Assembly (NCBI GenBank): GCA_030141605.1
Contig: JAQGDQ010000330.1
Span: 186,001 to 250,000, forward strand
Origin: Tubiluchus corallicola
Taxonomy: Eukaryota > Animalia > Priapulida
Direction of reading: 5' to 3'
Length of the DNA: 64,000 nt
Shown here piece by piece: positions 54,101-64,000 of this stretch. How positions within the stretch are numbered: position 1 is the first letter of the stretch; each line of letters begins with the position of its first letter. Made by a program: the position numbers and the translations under genes. The notes under the pieces are model-generated. The model was given only the letters and a program-made list of their open reading frames with translations, had not been told where the DNA came from and searched no databases.

Positions 54101-54139
54101 AATACATTGGTTAACGTATGTTAACTATTTTGCTAGACT

Positions 54140-54779
54140 GGACCTTTTGAAACAACAGGCTCTTCAAACCAGGCATTTTTATTTTTGATATGAAATTTTG
54201 CCATGCACATATAGATTTAAGTTTTAACGATTTTTTACCTACGCACCTAGTATCGGATTAAGGGGTCATAGTTACAAGTTGTACAAAAATTATTGTCGTA
54301 TCGATGTTTTTAAACACTCTTTTGTAAACAGGGTGATCGATATATGGAACAGTTTACCGTCGGAGATTGTGTTAATGGTAGCAACTTACGTTCTTTTTAA
54401 TTTAAACTACTTACATTTGATTTTAATCCTTTTTGTAAATTTAATAGAAATGACTAATTATTGTGGGCCACCATGCGCATTCGTGTCTGGTGGCTTCTCC
54501 ATTCCTAAAACATTAGCTAATCATATTTATTTGTAAGATTTTAATGTATATGTAAAATTGTATATTTGGATTGAATAAATCTACTCTACTCTGCTCTGCT
54601 CTGCTCTGCTCTGCTCTGCTCTGCTCTGCTCTGCTCTGCTCTGCTCTACTCTACTCTACTCTACCCTACCCTACCCTACCCTACCCTACCCTACCCTACC
54701 CTACCCTACCCTACCCTACCCTACTCCACCCCACCCCACCCCACCCTACTCTAATCTAATCTAATCTAATCTAATCTAC
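54140..54779 (+). mobile_element. CR1-type LINE 3' end with a compound pentanucleotide tail
   Basis: RGHSYKLYK...FKHSFVNRVIDIWNSLP motif; AATAAA followed by CTACT/CTGCT/CTACC/CCACC/CTAAT repeats. Confidence 0.85.
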
Positions 54780-54909
54780 GGTCTGGTTTTCCTTCAGGGA
54801 ATTAATTACGTACAGTTAAACACTAATACCATCGCCTGCAGTAATCTAGCCAGTTAGTAGATGAGCTAAGCATCGAGCAAGTCAACCATAGAGTCAGAAT
54901 GTATCTTAC

Positions 54910-55047
54910 CTGTTAGCATGTACATGCTGCCAGTCATCATCATGCATAACACCTGCTTATAAATAATAGCTAGACATGCCATCACCACGCATCCACTAGC
55001 TAACATCAGACATACCACCATGCTGGATATTGTCGAGGTTTGTAATC
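54910..55047 (-). CDS. Claudin/PMP22-superfamily gene exon 3 (RLQTSTISSMVVCLML...MMMTGSMYMLT)
   Basis: 138 nt, phase 1/1, CAG acceptor, GTAAG donor, two hydrophobic helices. Confidence 0.85.
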
Positions 55048-55062
55048 CTGTTAATAAGAAAC

Positions 55063-55222
55063 AATAATGATAATGATGATGATGATGATGATGATGGTGG
55101 TGATGATGGTGATGATGATGTTGATGATGATGATTACGATGATGATGGTGATGATGATGATGATGATGATGGTGTTGATGATGGTGATGATGATGATGAT
55201 GGTAATGATGGTGATGATGATG

Positions 55223-55254
<32 letters not shown>

Positions 55255-55380
55255 GATGATGGTGATGATGGTGATGATGGTGATGATGGTGATGTAGATG
55301 ATGATGAAAACAACAACAATGATAATAATTAATATATTAATAGTTATAGCAATAATAATAATAATAATAATAATAGTAAT
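55063..55380. repeat. (GAT)n and (AAT)n microsatellites
   Basis: Direct reading; intronic. Confidence 0.95.
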
Positions 55381-55699
55381 TACGCCACTACACCGCCTGT
55401 ATATCATTTGTTCCTCTTTAGGTCTCTTTATCAAAGGTTACGGAGGCCTAAGGCTGTTTTTGTCCCTTTGACAATAATAACGAAATGGTTAAATACAAAA
55501 ATTTGAAACCGTCTTTTCCCCTGTTTTTAGATTTAGGATTTTTCATTAATATTGGCAGTTTTTTAGATTCATGTGTTTCTTCTGCAAAGCGTCACTCCAT
55601 CTATTGTAACATCGAGGCATTAACATTTATTAGAGTATTCCACCCACTCTTATCTGCAGCTAACAGCGTTTCTACTCCTAAAGATAGATTTGGTTGAAG

Positions 55700-55990
55700 C
55701 TGTTGAACATCTTTATTTATCTTAGTTATCAAAGGTTTTTGGTTTGCCAGGTGGTTTTTTGCAGGATTTTAAGCTTTCCTTTAAGGCGATATTTACTGTT
55801 GTTTCACTTGGTCATCTCAAAAGATGTCCTCAACATGTTGATCTTCAAATCTTGATTTTTAAACTCCAAAGAATTTCTTTCGTTCTATCATATAAATCTT
55901 CATTTTCGATTATGTATGGCCATCTTGTCTTTAAGTATTTCCTTAGAAGACGTCTGTGAAATGTGTCAATCAGCTTTTCTTGAGTTATCG
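55700..55990 (-). mobile_element. Degraded RTE-type LINE fragment related to 52243-53395
   Basis: Minus strand reads RWPYIIENEDLY...WSLKIKI...GHLLR...ETTVNIALKE with stops. Confidence 0.6.
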
Positions 55991-56036
55991 TTAAACAAAA
56001 CAATATTTAAAAAGTGTTTATTGGTAGTTGACTCAC

Positions 56037-56177
56037 GTTTATAGGAAAGCAATGCATCTTCAGAAAGGTACTGATGAGGCGTCTGATTCGATGACCAATG
56101 TTCATGATACATATAGCAAGGAAGTCGACCATCGTCGTACAGTCCATACTCAATGTTTGCTGTTTCTCTCTCTTCGT
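56037..56177 (-). CDS. Claudin/PMP22-superfamily gene exon 2 (DEERETANIEYG...LPCYMY...LLSYK)
   Basis: 141 nt, phase 1/1, TTTTCAG acceptor, GTGAGT donor; carries the second loop Cys. Confidence 0.82.
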
Positions 56178-56456
56178 CTGAAAATCAATGAAATTGCTTG
56201 AATTCTTTCTGCTATTGTATCTAAAGAACTTCTTAATTCGCTGTTTTCAACACTGCTAAAGTTAACTGCGTCAGGTCAAATTCATTGCCACTTAAGTGCT
56301 TTATTAATTAGAATATTAATATTGAATAAATTTTATTAATTCGTCCAAAGGCTGAAAGATACAATGTGGAACTGCAGCGGATGAAATCACTCAGAATAAT
56401 TTTTCTTGGTGGACACCCATCTAACTTACTAACTAACCAGCCCTAGCGACGTTTAA

Positions 56457-57159
56457 AGGAAAAGTCAAGCATTCTAGGAGGTTATTCGTTTTTCAATATT
56501 CGCGAAAAATGTTAGAAAGATTTAATAATGAAACTGCAATAAGCGCGTCGTGTAACTAACTAAAATTATTTTAAAATCGCCAACACTTCGTGCTTGGACG
56601 CTCCCATTTTCAATGTCCATTCTTCTTCCAATGACGTCATTCGTCGTGAAGAAAAGTAGTGCTCTGTCAGTCCTCACCAAAAGTATAATAAGTTTTTACA
56701 AAAAAAATAGCTGGCTATTTTTGTAATGTTTTTGCTTAAATATTAGATAAACTGTGGAAGTTTGAATTAGTTTAAGCAGCGCGTGCTTACGGAAAGCCAC
56801 GATGCGCTTTCAAAAACTTACGAGATCTTCCAGTTTCGGGATGACTTTAAAGTGAATGGCAGCAACCACGGCATCCGAAAATTTCTATTCAGAGGTAGTA
56901 TGTTTTAAATTTATGCTCTATAGTCAGTTCTTTGTAAATTTCTTTGTTATATTTTTCTAAGTTTAAGTGATAGCAGTAAAATAAACATAACATGCTGAGT
57001 GACTTGTTCTTTCCTCTAGCACACCACAAACAGTTTAAGTGATAGCAGTAAGATAAACACAACATGCTGTGTGGCTTGTTCTTTCCTCTAGCACACCACA
57101 AACAGTTTAAGTGATAGCAGTAAAATAAACACAACATGCTGAGTGGCTTGTTCTTTCGT
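56457..57159 (+). mobile_element. MITE family C copy with a 72-bp subterminal triplication
   Basis: TTAA|AGGAAAAGTC start. GTTTAAGTGATAGCAG recurs at 56961, 57033 and 57105. Confidence 0.8.
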
Positions 57160-58027
57160 TTAACTTCATAGGTATCCTGATAATGTGAACAACTTAAACA
57201 TTCCCCACCCAATAAGATAAAACCATAGTATTTAGGCTTCAAAAATTGTTCCTTTGATAGGAGTCTATACTTTTCATGGATTTCCATACAAAATATTTAT
57301 TATTCAGTTTCAGCTATAGCTGAGTAATTTCAATTATGACACGATCAAAGTATTTTTGTCCCCATGTAAAACCATCTTAAAGACGTCATGATCTTTATCA
57401 GCTCCTATGCAAACTTCTCATATTCAGCAACGTTTCAGTAATTTCATTTACAGCATCTGTTACATACGAAAACTTTTGCAAAATGTTCTTATTCCACGAT
57501 TAAAGAGCATTTTATTCTGATTTCTTTATTTGTTCCAAATTTCCAGAAAACGCTGTGTATGTCTTAGCTTTGATGCAGTGCTGGATTAAGGCATGGGGTT
57601 TTGTGGAATGCAGCCCATAGGCCTCTGCCAGCTGATTAACTTAAATTAATTTACTGTAAAAAATTACTACAGAATGACAGTACAAGTATGTTGAATTATC
57701 TTTTTAAAAATGGCTCAATTAATTAATAAACTGTATAATAATACACTGGAATTATTTTCTAGTCCAATAATCACACTGCCACGCTGGCAACCCAGAATAT
57801 AATGAGAGAATTTCATAGGGCTTGAGAACACATCTCCTCTGACAAAGATGAGACATCTCTGTTCAAAGATAGCTTAGTCACACTTTGCCACTCATCTCAG
57901 TAGGTTCTAGCCTACTGGAACTCTGAACTAGGTATTCTTGGTTTTGTTCTTGAAGTTAAAGGAGCCTGAGCCTTACATTTCCTGTAACCCAGAGGTCTAC
58001 AAAATCAAAATCCGGTCTTGCTTTTAC

Positions 58028-58394
58028 CTGTTAAAGTATCACAGATTTTCCACAGTCCGCCTGCCATGTTTATCAAGAAAACGAAACTTGTACTATTCGC
58101 AATGGTATCATTCTCATTCATTCTTGTTTCTTTCATTACGATCATGTTGTTAGTCTCTTCAACAACAGCCACAAATAAATGACCGTCAGGACCCGCAGAG
58201 CTGTTGGTCATTTCGTACAATACGTCTCTGTTGTAAGTGACCAACTCCCAGTTATTTTTGACCGCTGGTACCAGAACACTACAAGTGGTCACAAGTGTCA
58301 GAAGAACGCAGAAGACGACAACGCAGATGTATTTGTCCGGAGCAACTATGGCATGAAGGCATCCTTGGTAAGGGTGCAATAAACGGGTACACAT
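58028..58394 (-). CDS. Claudin/PMP22-superfamily gene exon 1 (TM1, W...GLWKIC signature)
   Basis: Hydrophobic TM1, then NNW and GGLWKICD; ACAG|GTAAAA donor in phase 1. Confidence 0.87.
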
Positions 58395-60079
58395 CTCACC
58401 CTCAATGGATTGTATACGTGATCTGGCACCTCATTTAGGATAGTTGAAAAGTTGTTGCTTCACATCTCTGAAGACGTCTTGCTCGTCACAATGTCCTCCG
58501 ACAGACCGCTCAGGTAATTATTTAAGTAAATTTTCCTCCACAAATTACATTTCTAAACAGTAAGAATATCACTCGATCTGATAACATTACGAAATTACCA
58601 ACAGTAGCTCGTGGTATTCAGTAAACTAAGCTATACTGCGTGCTTTCAATCCACAGAGTTCATAATATTTGAAATGTGATAAAAAATTGAATGAAGTGTT
58701 TGATTAGCTGGGATAATCGCTAGTTCTCTAACTTTGTAGATTTCTCTATTGCTGTTACATATTTTAATGAAATGTGCTGAAATGTTGTTTCTAACAATGA
58801 ACCTTTAATCTGTTTTTGTTTGGCACGAATGGATCAGAAATTTCAAAACAGTTCTGTACACACTTGTCCTAACAGGACGCTCTAGTCCACCACTGTCTCA
58901 TGTAGTACTATCATCTACTGTGTCGTATATTATATCACTTTTCTGGTGGTTAACCAAATAGAGAGTGTTCTCCATATCTGATCTCTGACCTTGACTATCG
59001 TTGCAGTAAGTAGTAATTTGTAATAGTCAGCCATGGTCTTTCTCTCGCAAACGTGTTCATTCGATAACCCAATGTAAATTACTGCACGATCATCTTTAAG
59101 ACTGTTTTTGCTCACTTTATAACATTTTAACAGCTGCTAAAGTGCTGTATATATGCAGACAACATGATGTTATTACTAACACGATAAACGTCACAGGATT
59201 GTAAACAAAATAAACCAAAAACAATATAAGAATGCAGACGACAACAACAACAATAACAGGTGGAATTCTAGGTAATCAGCTAGTAGCATACCTCTGCTGT
59301 TGCTCCCATGGTAACGCACGTTAATAATTAATGCAAAGTAACAATTTTATTAATTAAGAATTGTACTGGCGGTGGGGAGTTTATACAAATTGACTTCAGC
59401 ACGGACCAATGGACAATTTCCACCGAGACATTTCGTTTTTTTTATGATTTGAAGATTTACTTTGGTGAGCTGTGTTATTACAGGTTTGCATTGTACACTG
59501 GTTTGTCACTTAGGTTCTTTGTAACAGCTGGTATTAGCTTGAAAAAAATGAAAAAAATGTTTATTTTTTCTATACAGAAGTAAAATAATTGCACTAAACT
59601 GTTCTAAAACACTGAGTCCTTAAATACGCCAATAATATACCACCACCACCAGCAGCACCACCAGCAAAGCAGACAAACATTCAAGCAGCACAAACAACTA
59701 TTATTTGCTTGTTTGTATATTTGCGGGTATGTGTGTATGTACATTTGTTTGTTATGCGTGTTTGTTTGTTTGTTCCCTTGTTTGCTTGTTTTCTCGTCAT
59801 TTATTCCTCTAGTTCTGTGCTCATTCACTCCTTTATTTGTTCATTCTTTTGTTTATCCTGACGATATTCCCTCTCTTTCTCACGCTCATTCGTATGTTCT
59901 CTCATTTATTCGCGTACATTGTTTCCACGTGTTCTTATACAGTGTAGCACTATGGAGCACTTTGATCCAGCACTAACTGTGGCTGTTGAGACAGGACCGG
60001 AAGATTATTCACTGACCCAATGAACTGGCAGGTGTGTCACTAGCCACCTTCCTTAGCGAGAGAAAACATTATAGGCAGC

Positions 60080-60155
60080 AGTACAGCCAGAAGCAGTTTT
60101 CATGGTGGGCACCCATCAAATTACTAGCTAGGCTCTGCGTTAATTTAAATCTCAA
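60080..60155 (-). pseudogene. Highly degraded 5S rRNA-derived fragment
   Basis: GGTGGGCACCCATCAAATTACTAGCTAGGCTCTGCGTT aligns with GGCGGTCACCCATCCAAGTACTAACCTGGCTCTACGTT of the copy at 6122-6240. Confidence 0.6.
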
Positions 60156-60434
60156 TAGGCAAACATCGTGACAACCCGACTAAGGCATAATGATGAACTA
60201 TAATAGCTATAACTTTAGCATTTCCATATCTCATTAAATAAAATGCAAAATTCTTTTCTTTCATACAAATTTCCGGTACAATTTGATGCGTTTACTCTGC
60301 GCTAGATGTCTCTTTCTGTTTCCAAGTTAGACAGCATCTCCGCCCCTGATAATTTACGTCAAAACCGGCTCTGTTTTTCACCTGTATTTACCTGTAAACA
60401 GTTGCCAAACTACAGGTACCGCCGCTACCACTGC

Positions 60435-60516
60435 AGTTTGCTGAAGCCAGACAATGGTTCAGTTTGCTGAAGCCAGACAATGATTCAGTTTGCTGAAGCC
60501 AGACAATGATTCAGTT
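60435..60516. repeat. 26-bp tandem repeat x3
   Basis: CAGTTTGCTGAAGCCAGACAATG(G/A)TT. Confidence 0.9.
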
Positions 60517-61199
60517 ATGTTTTTTATATTATGCAAGGGTTCAGGCTTATTCTTTTTATTCTATGACATGTCCCGTTACTAAAGGTCCTTGTACTTTGTT
60601 CTTGCTCACATCGTTTGTTCTTTATAAGATGTTCTTATTAACAGTTACAATTTGCCATAAAGTGCAAGTTTGATTATTACAATGTTTGTTATTTTCAATG
60701 GACCCCAGACGGTGTCTCTAAAGTGCTGAAGATTGTTGATCACGTGTGAGTACAAACTGTAATATTTTGTTTTTATAGTAAAAGATATTGCTGATAAAGA
60801 ATCATTACTAACAGAAATCAAGCATCTTTGTCGTAATCGTAGAAGTTATGTTTTTTATGCGTTCAACAATTTATTGTTAGCTGTCTACAACAAAAGCATA
60901 TTTCACATTGTTACACTTACGTAAGAACATAAATTATGTCACTTATCTAAGACCAGACTAATAATTACAGAAAAATATGACAGCCCAGAAAAATATTATG
61001 ACAAAGATCTGACTGCGCATAATTATAACTCACATGTAAAAGGATAAGCAAGATAAACTGCTATTCACACATAATAATTTTACGGCAGCGAAAAAATAAA
61101 AAGTAAACACATGTGCTTGATGTTTTTTATTCAATTTCCATGTCGTACTTTTGGGTCGCAGACAACATCTACTGGCTTGCCTTCAGGCATGTCCATCCT

Positions 61200-61210
61200 T
61201 CAAATACCTT
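61200..61210 (-). CDS. Cholinesterase-like gene, probable last coding exon (E-G-I-stop)
   Basis: ATTTCAG acceptor in phase 1; AATAAA about 70 nt downstream of the stop. Confidence 0.5.
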
Positions 61211-61471
61211 CTGAAATGGGGATATTAATACATTAGAATAGATTAATTTTTAAATCAAGTGTTGAATCAGTTTTCCAGATTTGCAGTATACTCAGTGATT
61301 ACAGAATCACAGGTTTATTTCGCAACAAAAAACAGCTTTGACTGCTGTGGAAAAGAAAGTATGGGAGAACAGTGGCAACAACAGTGATATAGAGGGAAAA
61401 AAGAAAGAGAGTGAGTGAATGAGTGGGTGAGTGAAAGAGATGCCCATCTGGTGCAAAGCATCAAATTATAC

Positions 61472-61644
61472 CTATCACAGACTGTATAGCAGGTACACCC
61501 TTGCTCAAAATAATGCAGTGTTTGGTCCTGAAGCCACCTTCCTTCACCTGAATCTTCTCATCACCAATGTCCAAGTACTTTCGTCCTCCCAATTTGAACT
61601 CTGGCCAGAAAGCAGTATTCTTGATTCCACCTTTATTAGGATTT
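61472..61644 (-). CDS. Cholinesterase-like gene, second coding exon (GNPNKG...WPEF...YLDI...GFRTKHC...P)
   Basis: TTCTCAG acceptor in phase 2 completes TG|NPN; typical cholinesterase C-terminal motifs. Confidence 0.88.
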
Positions 61645-61919
61645 CTGAGAAGACAAATATGTAAAAGATATCAGTAAAATCAAAACTGAAGTACAGAATA
61701 TTATTGGGAGTTTTTCAGCAGACTTATTCGTGGAGTTAAAATGTTAGTGATTTCATTCTGGAGAATCTTTTAGCAAATAGGAAAAAAATATGACAAAACA
61801 CTATAAAAACGTCGCCTAATGACTAGAGTAAAAAGATGTTAGACTTGCAAGACTTCTACTTTCTATCTAACAGTAAAATTAGTTTTGTATAAGAACTAGC
61901 AGGAAAAAACCTGGATTAC

Positions 61920-63430
61920 CCAGTTTCTGCAAAATTGCGGATGTAAGTCATCAATGATCTGCTGATGTTCTTTTCATACTCCGTAAAGTCTTGTTCATTT
62001 TTGAGTGGCAGTCCCACAATAAATGGTACGTCCTCATCCTCTGTTACTCCATACCACTCGGGCCAAGGTGAGCCAGATGGTCGATGGCTAAACGTAGACC
62101 AATAAACATGACCACCCCTCTCTGACCAGTGCACGGCAAACTCTGTTAATGGACAGATGCAGTAAAAATCACCCAGATAGTCTGACAATGCACTAATACA
62201 CTCCGCATTTCCAAAAGGATATTCAAGGTATGCATTGAGTACAATATTTTGGACGACTTCATCATAATCTTTAAAAGCATTATTGAAAGTGGCGACATAG
62301 TCAGTGTAGCTGCAGTTAGGTAGGTCTTGAGTGGGGAAAATCTCCATCTCCGTTTCTCGCAGGAGCTCAGTGCCCTCATTTTTTGTGACAGAAATCATAA
62401 CTGGTACATCAGCATTTGCAAAGTTATTAGCACTTTTTGGTGGTGTTACGAGAAAGTTACCATCAAGCGTAGGCCTCACACCCTGATCAGGTATTCCAGC
62501 AGATAACGGTAATGTAAATTGTAAAGCAATTAATACAGAAGCATTGACTTCTCTCATGCAAGATATACTGACGTCATCATCTTCAACGCATCCAAGTGCA
62601 GCTGCAATGCTTCTGCCAAAAGCGAGGGCATTTTCAGGTTTATCATAAGTTGGATTGTTTTTCCACTCATTTGGTAATGCAGTACGCAGAATGGCAGAAG
62701 AAAACAAACCTTTGCTAAGTGGGGACATGAGATGATATCCAACAGCCACTCCCTCAAATAGGTGTCCATCAATTGTAAGTTTACCTTTGTCCCCACCAAA
62801 AGATTCAATATTATCATTTATCCACTCAAGTGCCAAAACCTGATCCAACAAACCTTGATTTCCAGGTGATTCTGTGTTATTCAGGAACAGAAAACCAAAA
62901 GGTCCAACTCTATAGTTGATGGTGACTACAATCATGTTGGCAAATGCAGAAAGAATTGTTCCATCCATAAGTTTTGTATTTGCTGCTCCAAATACAAAAC
63001 CACCGCCATGAATTAAAACAACTGTTGGCAAACCTCTTGCATTTTCTGGAGTAAACACATTTAGATATAGACAATCTTCACTTACTGGAGTAGTAAGATC
63101 ATATACATCATTAACTTTCATCTCTTCTCCCAAAACAGCAGTCAAGGTGTCATTCAGTTGGAAGCAGGAATTGTGGGGCGTTCTTGCTAATGTTATTCCT
63201 TTCCACATTTTCACAGGCACTGGTTTTGCAAATCGTAAGTTTCCAACTGGGGGTTCAGCATAAGGGATACCTAGAAATGTGCGCACTTTTTTGTTTAAAG
63301 CATCCTGCATGAAACCTTTCACCTTGCCAGTGGTCGTCTTGACAACAAGGCCATTTCTGTTGACCCGCTTCCCTGATGCAAATGTAAAAATGCAATTCAT
63401 GATGCAGAACAAAACCCAATGACTCTGCAT
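61920..63430 (-). CDS. Acetylcholinesterase-like carboxylesterase (type B), large coding exon; predicted non-catalytic
   Basis: FLGIPYAEPPVGNLRF, SEDCLYLNV, HGGGF, NYRVGPFGFL, GNQGLLDQ and FGGD motifs. Signal peptide from ATG 63430 (ORF open from 63526; acceptor near 63443). GG|GTAAT donor at 61920. Confidence 0.93.
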
Positions 63431-64000
63431 GGTGAAACAAACCTGAAATAAGACGCAAAATGATAATTCCTTTAGAAATGATTTTGTAAGGAATTTCGCC
63501 AAGTATCTTGTTGTACAGGTGGCCATGACTACTCACCTATGCTTAACTATATAATTAGTAATGATTATAACAATCTGTCAATTAGGGTTAGGCTACAATC
63601 TATGGTAGACACAGGATTACTACTTGACTTCCTGTTCTAGTGAATGGAACCTACCAGTCAACTCCAGGCAGTGGCAAGTTTGCAGGTAGCCTATGGGGGG
63701 GGGGGGGGAGTCTAAGCAGATGGTTCTAGTATGGGAGGTGTAGTTCAATTTTGCTTGGAGGAATTAGTCGCTCTTCTCATGATAATAATGTAAATGACAA
63801 TGCATCAGCAGCAAAAGATATTATTAATTAACTGCCCTGCTGGCATCAGATTAGCACATACAAAATCGAGCAACTTACAGTCTCTGGAGTGTCATTCCGT
63901 ACAAGGTACCTCGCAACTCTAAACATGGATCATTTGAAGCGATTAAATGGGTCCTCCGTGTAGCACTTACTAACCTTCATTAATGGTCAATGCCTTTTAA

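Noticed and set aside
59939-59981. Pre-miRNA-like hairpin
   Set aside because: The stem is short and interrupted, and I do not recognise a mature miRNA sequence.

Overview
This is AT-rich genomic DNA from an invertebrate animal, with spliceosomal GT-AG introns, a metazoan-type 5S sequence and dense microsatellites. It is not prokaryotic, and no CRISPR array is present. Protein-coding content I can support by hand splicing: (1) a minus-strand secreted single-vWA-domain gene (about 36833 to 26100) whose second intron holds 26 tandem copies of its own 3' splice site; (2) three tandem paralogs with uninterrupted ORFs and a signal peptide-LRR-LRRCT-EGF(3-4)-TM-short acidic tail architecture (40.9-50.9 kb); (3) a four-exon claudin/PMP22-superfamily tetraspan gene (58394 to 53515); (4) a secreted cholinesterase-like gene lacking the catalytic Ser and His (63430 to 61200); and possibly a small secreted-protein gene near 18.8 kb. 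The rest is mostly mobile DNA: three TTAA-flanked (Kolobok-like) MITE families, hAT- and piggyBac-like MITEs, LINE fragments and three short internally deleted RTE retroelements. One RTE element begins at the predicted cleavage site of a twister ribozyme, and another is fused behind a full-length 5S rRNA copy. There is also a 945-bp palindrome and several minisatellites. Most short ORFs in the supplied track are microsatellite or antisense artefacts. All calls come from reading the sequence by eye; no searches were run.
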